DNA of 64,000 nucleotides from Mobula hypostoma. Its lineage: Eukaryota. Shown in pieces: positions 37,401 through 49,400 of the stretch. Each line of letters starts with the position of its first letter. Position 1 is the first letter of the stretch. The position numbers were made by a program, and so were the translations under genes. The notes below the pieces were generated by a model. The model had not been told where the DNA came from and did not search any database. It saw only the letters and a list, made by a program, of their open reading frames with translations. The stretch lies in contig NC_086097.1 of NCBI RefSeq assembly GCF_963921235.1, positions 221,962,001-222,026,000 on the forward strand, given 5' to 3'.

Positions 37401-40400
37401 CACAGTAAGCTTTGCATTCACAACAACAACATCATAGTTGCTAATCCCTGCAGTGACATGGTAATTCACAACTAAAGCTGGATTTGACACAAAACATAAG
37501 TCCAGTATGTTACTTTCTCTAGTTGGATGTCTAACAATTTGTGTCAAATTAAAATCAGCTACAATATCAAGCATTAGTTTACTGACTGCTACATAACTGC
37601 CCCCTTAGCAGACAGTACTGCTGTCCCAATCCACGCTAGGCAAATTAAAATCTCCAAGAAGCCAAATAGAAGATGATTGAGGGATTTTTGAAAGAGACAA
37701 ATCCAGTTCCTTTAAATAATCAACATCAGAAGATGGAGGACGATAGAATGCTCCAACGTACACCGGTTTTAGACCTTTAACATGAATACTAATCCACTTT
37801 ATTTCACAATTTGAATCAAGGGTATTTTCTTCAGTAACTATGTGAGTATTTTTCACTGCAATAAACACTCCACCATGGGAACTAGATTTCCTAAAAACCT
37901 GGAAGTAGGGGGGAAAGATTTCTCCCGAAACAATGTCGTTGTTGAGCCATGACTCAATACCAACTATTATGTTGGGGTTTTCATTGTCAATCGAGGCTTG
38001 AAAATTAGCTTTCTTTGCTCTCACTCTCTGACAATTCATGTTAATAATTTTTTAATTTTTAAGCTGAGACCTTTCATCAGGATTGGAAAGTAATGGGGAA
38101 GATGCCAGAACTAGGAGGATGGCGGACGGGTAGGAGTACAAGCTGGAAGGTGACAGGTGGGGAGCGGGGGTTAAAGTGGGAAGCTGGGAGGTGATAGGTA
38201 GAAGAGGTAAAGGGCTGGTGAAGAAATAATCTGATAGACGAGGAGAGTGGACCATGGGAAGGAAGGGAAGAAAGATGGGCATCAGAGGGAGCTGATAGGC
38301 AGGTGAGGAGAAGAGGTAAGAGCATAGCCAGAGTGGGGAAATAAAGCAGAGAGAAAAGGAAGGAGGAAAAATTACTGGAAGCCGGAGAAATTAAATGCAT
38401 GCCATCAGGTTGAAGGCTAATTAGATGGAAAATGAGGTCTCATCGTGCAAAGGAGGAGGCCACGGGCCAATGTGCCGGGATGAGAATGGGAACTGGAATT
38501 AAAATGGCTGCCACCAGGAAATCCTGTTTTTTTTAAGATAAGAGTGAAGGTGCTTGACAAAGTGGTCCTCCAACCTATGATGGGTCTCACCAATCTAGGA
38601 AAGTCCAGATACTGTAGATGACCCCAACGGATTCGCAGGTGACGTTGCCTCACATGGAAGGACTTTTTGGGGCCCTGAATGGTCTGTTGTCTAGAAAGAT
38701 AGCTTTAAGGCCTAGTTGTTGTCAAGAAAGATAGCTTTAAGGCCTACTTGATGGGGGATAGAAGTGTATAGGGACTGGACATCCATGCTGAAAAAAAGGC
38801 GACTAGGACCAGGGAATTGAAGGTTGTTGAGGAGATCGAGAGCATGTGAACTGTCATGGATGAGGCGGGAAGGGATTGAACCAAGAGGAATAAAATGGAG
38901 TCAAGGTATGGAGACAGCAGGACAGCAGCAGGCAGAAACAATAGGCCTATCCGGAAAATTAGGTTTGGGATCTCATGTATGAGGCAGAAACAAGCAGAGT
39001 GGGGTCAGGGTCATGTTCCAAAGAATGGGGTTTCCTTTCCTCCACTATTGATGCAGCCCTCATTCACAGTTTTTCCATTTCCCGGACATCCGTGCTTACC
39101 CCATCTTCCTGTCATCTTAACAGGGATAAAGTTCCTCTTGTCCTCATCGCCCACCCCATGTACCACCACATCTAACACATCATTCTCTGTAACTTATGCC
39201 ATCTTTGGGACCCTACCACCAAACTCATCTTTACCTCCCCACCCTCCCCTCAACTTTCTGTCTTTGCAGGCCTCGCTCCCTCTGTGATTCCTTTGTCCAT
39301 TCTCACCCCTCACCCCAATAATCTTCCTCCTTTACCTTTTCCAACAATCACATCTCAGCTTTTTACCTCATCGCCCTCCCCGACACACCTGGCTTCACCT
39401 ATCACCTTCTAGCTCGTTCTCCTTCCCTTCCCCCAGCCTTCTGATTCTGGCACCTTCCCTCTTCATTTCCCGTCCTGCTGAAAGATCCAAAACATCGACT
39501 GCGTATTCATGGTCCATAGATGCTGCCTCATTTGCTGAGTCCCTCCAGCTTTTTGTGCTCTATACTCGTGGTAAATTTTCTGTGCAGCGCTTATGGTATT
39601 CCACAACATAAGAAAAATAGAATTTCTGTAATGTTTAAAAACATGAAAAAAGTAAAATTATATCCAAAATGAGAGATTAAACTACTTCAAGCAATTCTTC
39701 GAATGACCCACTTCATATTACACCCAATTCTATAGGCTGAATTAGTTGATATCAAAATATCGTATCAGTAGGTTTACATGGATCCTGCTCACTGACCCAT
39801 ACTCAACATGATGTGTTTATGTATTGTTACCCTTGTCTACGAGTCTAACCAGTGGGCCACCTACCTGTTCATACAAAAGAATGTAGAAGGCCAATCCAAA
39901 AGCAAAGACGAGGAAGAAAAATATGGTCATGATATGAAGCAAGGTTTTCAGAATCTCTGCAAACATTACTACATAGATCCCACAAATATCGAATCTGAAA
40001 GAAACAGAGGCAATCACCGAATTTGCACCGAAGCAGAAAATTACCATGACATTTAACACTGTGCATATTCTTTGCATTTACTGAAATTAATGCTATCATT
40101 GGATGCCAGAATCAGTGCTGTTGTTGTGTAAAACTATGCTCTGCTAGCTGGAAAACTGAGTTTTACATTTCAAACGATCCAGTGCTCAGAGATCATCGAG
40201 CTGACAGAATACAATATTTCCAGTGAGAACTGTTCCTCTCTTTCTTTGGACCTCCTCTGGAAGTCGGATGTCAGTGTACCTGGAGATGTCGTAGGCTGGG
40301 ATGTGGGGGCCATCCCATTTGGTCTCTCAACTTTCTCTCATACAGGTAATAGCTTCAATCACTAGATGTCTCCATACAACTATCTTACATTATTTCATTG

Positions 40401-43400
40401 CCTTTAACTTTTTTGCCAATTTAACAGTTTTAATTAACTTCATTTGATACTTATTATAAACATTTAATGATCTTTAGACCTTTTATATGTCTTTATCAGG
40501 AGTATTTAAGAACAGCTCAAAGGACTCTGGAACCACTAACCTGGGACAGACTGCCAATGCATGGTGGGATGGAACATCAATAGAAGGTTGTCGATGCCTA
40601 GTCACTGCTCTATCTCACTTAAAACTTCTGGAGTCTGGAGGTTTCCATCATCTGGCCACCCGCATCCAGTAATGTTTCGCATGAGTGGCCCAGGTGAGGA
40701 CTGTGGTCAGTGCTTTCAGCAAGACCAGGTGTTGGGTTGGTTACAATGAGACCTGGCCCAGTGAGGAAGATGCAAATGTTGGCCTTGGCCTCCTGCCTCA
40801 TCATGGAGACCCAGAGCCAGAGTGTGCTCCTGTTTCCTTCTGATCCTCAAGAAGCCATAAAGCATACAGTACACAACTATTCTCAAGGAAGTCTCAACCA
40901 ACTTCAGGGCTTCAATTAATATGATAGTTGTGTTCTGATGACATCATGGTCTTGGTCTGCATATTTATGGAAGAACCAAGCATGTCACATAACCCCAGTC
41001 TCCTGCACAAAGGGGAAGGTTAGCATGAGGTCATGCTGGGATATCAGCAGGATCAGAGGAGAGAATGACATAGAACATAGACCAGTGCAGCCTACGATGC
41101 TGACATTATAACCCACTCGAAGATCAATTTCACACTCCATTCTATGTAGTCCTCAAATTTCAATCTTCAAATTTGACCTACCAAAATGAACCACTTCACA
41201 CTTATCTGGGTTGAACCCAGCCCAGTTCTGCATCCTATTGATGTCCCACTGTAACTTCTGACAACCCTCCTCAACACCATCAACTTTGTGTCATCAGCAA
41301 ACTTACTAACCCACCTTTCTACTTCCTCATCTAGGTCATTTATAAAAATCACAAAGAGGAGGGGTCCCAGAACGGATCCCTGCGGAACACCACTGGTCAC
41401 TAACCACCACGCAGAATACAAACCATCTACAACCACCCTTTGCATTCTATGCTCAATCCAATTCTGGACCCTCAAAGGTACTAAGGTATAGAATGTAGCT
41501 TCTTCTGTTCACCAGCAACTTTTATGTGTGTTGCTTGAAATTCTAGCATCTGCAGATTTCCTTGTGTTTGCGTTCTTCTGTTACATTCTGGTTGGGCAAT
41601 GACTTAACTATTAATAAGACACAGTATACTTTTGCTGAAATATAAAATATTATGATACCTTTGAAGATAGAGTAGGAAATTCACCCATGATGTATATGCA
41701 GAAATCATACCACAGTGCCACTGTAGTGAATGAGAGATGCGGAACACCCAGGGAATTACAAACAGAATGGATGTCACGTACATGACTCCGTCTAAAAGAT
41801 TGGATGAATCGTGGAAGTACTGCCATCGCTGTTTATTAAGACAAGAAAAATTTAGCAGCAATTAATGAAGTTGAAGTAGCACATACGTTATTATTTTATT
41901 TCATGAATTAGTATAGAGATAGATCACTTTAATATGTTACATTCTACTATCTACCAGATGACAAATACTTCCATTACAGCACAGATATCCTAACTTTTCA
42001 AATTCTTTTATTTCTTTTACGTTTTACTGAGCTATTTTAAACTGCATCTTATCATGTCAATGAACATATAGTGCTACTTTAGAGTTCCTAAATCTATTTC
42101 ACAATGGTATTTGATTCCTTTAGCAGATGCACAAGGCCTCCCTAATTATATCAGATACAGTTAGATCTACTTAAATAAAAAAAGCTATGTTATACATAGA
42201 GGTACAGATAGGAGGTTCTGTGGTCATGACAGAGAATCCAGGATGGTTTGTTGCCTCAAGGGTGCCAGGGTCAAGGATGTCTCTGATCGCTTGCATGACA
42301 TTCTGAAGTGGGAGGGTGATCAGCCAGATGTCGTGGTGCACATCGGTACCAATGACATAGCAAGGAAGAGTGAGGAGGTCCTGGAGAGTGAGTATAGAGA
42401 GCTTGGTAGGAAGTTGAAAAGCAGCACCTCGAGGGTGGTAATCTCAGGATTGCTACCTGTGCTACATGCCAGTGAGGGTAGGAATAGGATGCTCTGGAGG
42501 ATGAACAAGTGGCTGAGGAACTGGTGTAGGGAGCAGGGTTTCAGATTCCAGAATAATTGGGACCTCTCCTGGGGCAGGTGGGACCTGTACAAGAGACACA
42601 CATCAAAGTTGCTGGTGAACGCAGCAGGCCAAGCAGCATCTATAGGAAGAGGCTCTTCCTATAGATGCTGCTTGGCCTGCTGCGTTCACCAGCAACTTTG
42701 ATGTGTGTTGCTTGAATTTCCAGCATCTGCAGAATTCCTGTTGTTTGCCTGTACAAGAGAGACGGGTTACATTTGAACTACAGGGGGACCAATATCCTTT
42801 CAGGAAGGTTTGTTAGTGCTGTTGGGGGGGCTTTAAACTAGATTTACAGGGGGATGGGAACCACAGTACCAGAGCTGACAGTGGGGCTGGGGTGAAAATA
42901 AATGATGTTAAAAGTTCAAGCAAAGCCGCTAATAGAAAGGTGGTGAGTGGTGGTAAAAATCTTCTGAGGTGTATATATTTCAGTGCTAGGAGTATTGCGG
43001 GGAAGGCAGACGAGTTGAGGGCGTGGATTGGCACGTGGAATTATGACGTTATAGCAATTAGTGAAACTTGGCTACAGGAGGGGCAGGATTGGCAGCTTAA
43101 TATTCCAGGGTTCTGATGTTTCAGATGTGACAGAGGCAGAGGAATGAAAGGTGGGGGTTAGCATTGCTTGTCAGGGAAAATATTACAGCAGTGCTCAGGC
43201 CGGACAGATTAGAGGGCTTGTCTACTGAGTCCTTATGGGTGGAGCTGAGAAACAGGAAAGGTATGGCCACATTAGTGGGCTTGTATTATAGACCACCCAA
43301 TAGTCAGCGAGAATTGGAGGAGCAAATCTGCAGAGAGATAGCAGGCAACTGCAGGAAACATAAAGTTGTGGTGGTAGGGGATTTTAATTTTCCACATATT

Positions 43401-46400
43401 GATTGGGACTCCCATACTGTTAGGGGTCTAGATGGGTTAGAGTTTGTAAAATGTGTTCAGGAAAGTTTTCTAAATCAATATATAGAGGTACCAACTAGAG
43501 GGGATGCAATATTAGATCTCCTATTTGGAAACGAGTTAGGACAAGTGACAGAAGTGTGTGTAGGGGAACACTTTGGTTCCAGTGATCATAACACCATTAG
43601 TTTCAACTTGATCATGGATAAAGATAGAGCTGGTCCTAGGGTTGAGGTTCTAAACTGGAAGAAGGCCAAATTTGAAGAAATGAGAAAGGATCTAAAAAGC
43701 GTGGATTGGGACAGGTTGTTCTCTGGCAAGGATGTGATCGGTAAGTGGGAAGCCTTCAAAGAAGAAATTTTGAGAGTGCAGAGTCTGTATGTTCCTTTCG
43801 GGATTAAAGGCAAAGTGAATAGAAATAAGGAACCTTGGTTCTCAAGGGATATTGCAACTCTGATAAGGAAGAAGAGAGAGTTGCATGACATGTATAGGAA
43901 ACAGGGAGTAAATAAGGTGCTTGAGGAGTATAAAAAGTGCAAGAAAATACTTAAGAAGGAAATCAGGAGGGCTAAAAGAAGACATGAGGTTGCCTTGGCA
44001 GTCAAAGTGAAGGATAATCCAAAGAGCTTTTACAGGTTTATTAAGAGTAAAAGGATTGCAAGGAATTAAATTGGTCCTCTTGAAGCTCAGAGTGGTCAGC
44101 TATGTGCCAAACCAAAAGAAATGGAAGAGATCTTAAATGGGTTTTTTGCGTCTGTATTTACTAAGGAAACTGGCATGAAGTCTATGGAATTAAGGGAAAC
44201 AAGTAGTGAGATCATGGAAACTGTACAGATTGAAAAGGAGGAGGTGCTTGCTATCGTGAGTCAAATTAAAGTGGATAAATCCCCAGCACCTGACAGGATA
44301 TTCCCTCGGACCTTGAAGGAGTCTAGTGTTGAAATTGCAGGGGCCCTGGCAGATATATTTAAAATGTCGGTGTCTACGGGTGAGGTGCCAGAAGATTGGA
44401 GAATGGTTGATGTTGTTCCGTTGTTTAAAAAAGGATCGAAAAGTAATCCAGGAAATTATAGGCCAGTAAGTTTGATGCCGGTAGTGGGTAAGTTATTGGT
44501 AGGAGTACTAAGAGACAGAATCTACAAGCATTTGGATAGACAAGGACTTATTAGGGAGAGTCAACATGGCTTTGTGCGTGGTAGATCATGTTTGACCAAT
44601 CTATTGGAGTTTTTTGAGGAAGTTACCAGGAAACTGGATTAAGGGAAGACAGTGGATGTTGTCTACATGGACTTCAGTAAGGCTTTTGACAAGGTCCCAC
44701 ATGGGAGCAACACACATAAAAGTTGCTGGTGAACGCAGCAGGCCAGGCAGCATCTCTAGGAAGAGGTACAGTCGACGTTTTGGGCCGAGACCCTTCATCA
44801 GGATTAATGGTCTCGGCCAAAATGTCGACTGTAGCTCTTCCTAGAGATGTTGCCTGGCCTGCTGTGTTCACCAGCAATTTTTATGTGTGTTGCTTGAATT
44901 TCCAGCATCTGCAGATTTTCTCGCATGGGAGGTTAGTTAGGAAAATTCAATCGCTAGGTATACATGGAGAAGTGGTAAATTGGATTAGACATTGGCTCAA
45001 GAGTGGTAGTAGAGGATTGCTTCTCAGGGTGGAGGCCTGTGACTAGTGGTGTGCCACAGGGATCAGTGCTGGGTCCATTGTTATTTGTCATCTATATCAA
45101 TGATCTGGATGATAATGTGGTAAATTGGATCAGCAAATTTGCTGATGATACAAAGATTGGAGGTATAGTGGACAGTGAGGAAGGTTTTCAAAGCTTGCAG
45201 CGGGATTTGGAAAAATGGGCTGAAAAATGGCAGATGGAGTTTAATACAGACAAGTGTGAAGTATTGCACTTTGGAAGGACAAACCAAGGTAGAACATACA
45301 GGGTAAATGGTAAGGCACTGAGGACTGCAGTAGATCAGAGGGATCTGGGAATACAGATACAAAATTCCCTAAAAGTGGCATCACAGGTAGATAGAGTCAT
45401 AAAGAGAGCTTTTGGTACATTGGCCTTTATTAATCAAAGTATTGAGTATTAGAGCTGGAATGTTATGGTGAGGTTGTATAAGGCATTGTTGAGGCCGAAT
45501 CTGGAGTATTGTGTTCAGTTTTGGTCACCAAATTACAGGAAGGATATTAATAAGGTTGAAAGAGTGCAGAGAAGGTTTACAAGGATGTTGCCGGGACTTG
45601 AGAAACTCAGTTACAGAGAAAGGTTGAATAGGTTAGGACTTTATTCCCTGGAGTGTAGAAGAACGAGGGGAGATTTGATAGAGGTATATAAAATTATGAT
45701 GGGTATAGATAGAGTGAATGCAAGCAGGCTTTTTCCACTGAAGCAAGGGGAGAAAAAAACCAGAGGACATGGATTAAGGGTGAGGGGGGAAAAGTTTAAA
45801 GGGAACATTGGGGGGGGCTTCTTCACACAGAGAGTGGTGGGAGTATGGAATGAGCTGCCAGACGAGGTGGTAAATGCGGGGTTTTTTATAACATTTAAGA
45901 ATAAATTGGACAGATACATGGATGGGAGGTGTATGGAGGGATATGGTCCGTGTGCAGGTCCGTGGGACTAGGCAGAAAATGGTTCGGCACAGCCAGGAAG
46001 GGCCAAAAGGCCTGTTTCTGTGCTGTAGTTTTTCTATGGTTTCTATGGTTTTCTACACATTTCCCACCCATTTGAAAGGCAAAATTAATATTCATTCCAG
46101 TCTTTAATTTTAAGACAATAAATATATAAAAACCAGTATGAAAAGAAGGAAATAAAAGAAGGGATATTTACATCAAGAAGGGTTTGGTGATCTTGTTATG
46201 AAGGTGCAGAGGTTTCCTGGCAGATTGCCTTGCATTGGAAGGAAGGGAACAGTCTGAGGGAATGTCCCACTTGTCTTCACACAAGCACACAAGTAAAAAG
46301 GAGTAGATGAAGCTCACCAGGACATTCAAGCTTGCCTCTCCATTAAATGTATTCATCACCATCTTAGCCCAGGCATCAGCTTCTCTTCTGTTCCAGTTCA

Positions 46401-49400
46401 ACATGGCTCTCAACAAAAAAAAGATCTACTTTCTCTATAAATACCTTCAGTGAACCCGTTTCCACAATCCACTAAAGTTTCAGAGGCTCAGAACCATCAA
46501 CAACTGAACTGTCGAGGAATCTTAGTTGTTCAATACTAAAGTGTAGAAGAAATTCCTCCACACTTCAGTTTTAAACGACTGTTACCCCTTCCTCTGGCCT
46601 TTCACTCCATTTTGTAACTATGGTCTCTTGCCTGAGACTCTACCACTAACATTTACTAACATTTTAACAGCGCCACTTAGGATTTTACGTATTTCAATAA
46701 GATCTAAGCTCCAAAGAATAGACTAACATTTTTAGCCTTTTAGTAATAAGACAATCAGCTCATCCAAACAATTATCCCAATAGATTTTTTCTAGATCACC
46801 TTTCTTATGTAGAGGTCCAAACCTGTACACAGTACTTGAGGTGCAACTTCACTAGCTTGCTGAACAATTGTAACTAGTTTTCTGTTTTTTATTTCCAGTT
46901 CCTGAGCAAAAAAGTCCATCATGTCATTTGACTTAATTATTTACTGCTTACTTTGTGTTTCAAGCTCAAGAGTACTACAGTCTCTCTGAACTCCACTCAT
47001 TCTCAGTTTCCTTTTCATTTTATTTATTTATTGAGATACAGCATGGAGGAGGCCCTTCTGCCCTCTGAGCTGTGCTGTCCAGCAACCCCCAACTTAAAAC
47101 TAGTCTTATCACAGGAAAATTCACAATGACCAATTAACCTATCAACTGGTGAGCCTTTGGACAGTGGGAGGAAGCTGAGCACCCGGAGGAAACCCACGTG
47201 GTCGTAGGGCGAACGTATACACTCCTTACAGGCAGCAGTGGGAATCGAACCCGGGTCACCTGTACTATAAAGTGTTGTGCTAACCACTATGCTATGATGC
47301 TGCCCCAGTTAACAGTCTGCTCTTTGATTCATCCTATCAATGAGCATGCCCTCAATTTCCCTAGTTAAACTCCATATGCCCAGCTTTGCACAGTACTTCA
47401 ACCATGTTGCAAATTCTTAATATATTCATTGCAGCCCGCCCTTCCCCGCATACTTCTGTGCCATCAGTGAAGTTATATACTGTACGTTATACTTTTCTCC
47501 TTTCTCCATATTGTTAACATACTGGCCAATAATTGTGGGCCAAAGGACTGATATTTGTGGCAATAATTAAGGCCTGAAAAAGACCATTTTCTCTGACTTC
47601 CTTTCTTTCTTGTAATAACCTGTCTTTGAGCATTTTTATCCTTGGGTGATGTGAACTCATTTTTTTGCACTGGCATTTTATTAAGCTACTTATAAAAAGG
47701 TTTTTGAAAAAATACACCATATTCAGTAGTTTTTCGCTATCAGCTCCAGCACATTTGTCAAACCTATTTCATAAAACTGTCTCAATTTAATTAGCTTGCA
47801 TTAAGCCTTTCTAAATGACAATCTAATTCTTCCTTAATTATAGACACCAGCATCTTCCCAGTAGCAGAGGTAATTTTCTGCTTTTTGCCTCCCTTCCTAC
47901 TTGAGCAAAAATGGCACATTCATTGTTGTTCATACTGTAGGTTCCCTCCCATAATTTTGTGAATTTGGAAGAACTTCAATCATGGATCTACTGTCCCTGA
48001 AGATGCTTCCATTAAAGGACTTGGATACAGGCCATTGGTCCTGACAATTTGTCTGCTTTTAGTGCACTGGATTCCCTGTAATTTCATCTGCTGAGTTTGG
48101 GATCATTACCAATTATTAGCTCCTGCTTAAAAATACCCTCTGGGTATTTGTAGTGAAAACTGACGCAAAGTATTGTTTCAAATTATTTTGCTTTCTTTTT
48201 TCACATTATCCTCCACTGCAAACCTTTCAAAAGTGGCAATGCTATCACAGATGATGAAAAGGGGGCCTTTACCTTTCTGTATTATGGATCATCAATTCTT
48301 ATAAAGGTCAACCTGTGATCTCAATCCTGGATTTTTTTTGAAAGTTTTTTGCACATGTGAACTTGTAGAGGAATTGTTAAAGGAACAGGACATAAAACAG
48401 ACCTTTTACCAGAGGGAAGTCCCATCAAATCTAAAATAATGTTTAGGCCAAGCATGCTGTCCTGAAGATTGGGATTCTGTGTGTGTGTTTTTTTTTAAAC
48501 GCACAACAACCTTTCTCAGTTTCAGGTATATACGTAACAGAATTTAAATTTCGTGCACAGGTTACCTGTAGCAAAATTTGGAAAATTTCCTTGCATATAC
48601 CCAGGATGCACATGGCAAATACAGTTATTGTGCATATTCTATGGAATGGAAATTCCTGTGGAAGGAACAATAGATCAAAATGGACAACAAGTTAATGTTA
48701 TATCAGTGTTCTATCTCACACAAGTAAAACATTAAAATCATTCCACTTTTGGCACAAGATTTGCATAACCTGGGAATAAGACCATAAGACAAGGCTATCC
48801 CGTATACATGATAAAGCCCAACCACATTTTCAGATTTAAACATTCTGGAGAATGTTTTAGAAAAGCTCCGTTTTCGGGGGAGGAAAACACCGTTCCAGTG
48901 TGCATGGAGAGTCAAAACGAAGAGAAAAAGCTTCGGTTACAGATTTATCTAATCTAGTGTGGCCGTAGCCTGAGGCATGAAAGCCTCCAAACCCTACGAC
49001 AAGATTGCATTTATTTATGAACACCCACAGAGGTCATGATCGATGACCTTTCAAAAGTCGATAGATTCTGGCATGGTTCCGGAAGACTGGAAGTTTGCTA
49101 ACTCCGCTATTTAAGAAGGGGGCAAGGAAGCAAAAAGGAAATTATAGACCTGTTAACTTGACATCGGTAGTTGGGAAGTTGTTGGAGTCGATTGTCAAGG
49201 ATGAGGTTACAGAGTACCTGGAGGCATATGACAAGATAGGCAGAACTCAGCATGGATTCCTTAAAGGAAAATCCTGCCTGACAAACCTATTACAATTTTT
49301 TGAGGAAATTACCAGTAGGCTAGACAAGGGAGATGTAGTGGATGTTGTATATTTGGATTTTCAGAAGGCCTTTGACAAGGTGCCACACATGAGGCTACTT

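Larger units (their letters stand above)
42198..46055 (+). mobile_element. Near full-length CR1 LINE (ORF1 esterase part, APE, RT, tail) with two Penelope-derived insertions
   Basis: ORF1 [14 protein letters not shown]2 [34 protein letters not shown]; (TTTCTATGG)n tail; several stops. Confidence 0.93.

Noticed and set aside
47230..47306. tRNA gene
   Set aside because: The A/B boxes belong to the head of a V-SINE; no convincing cloverleaf.
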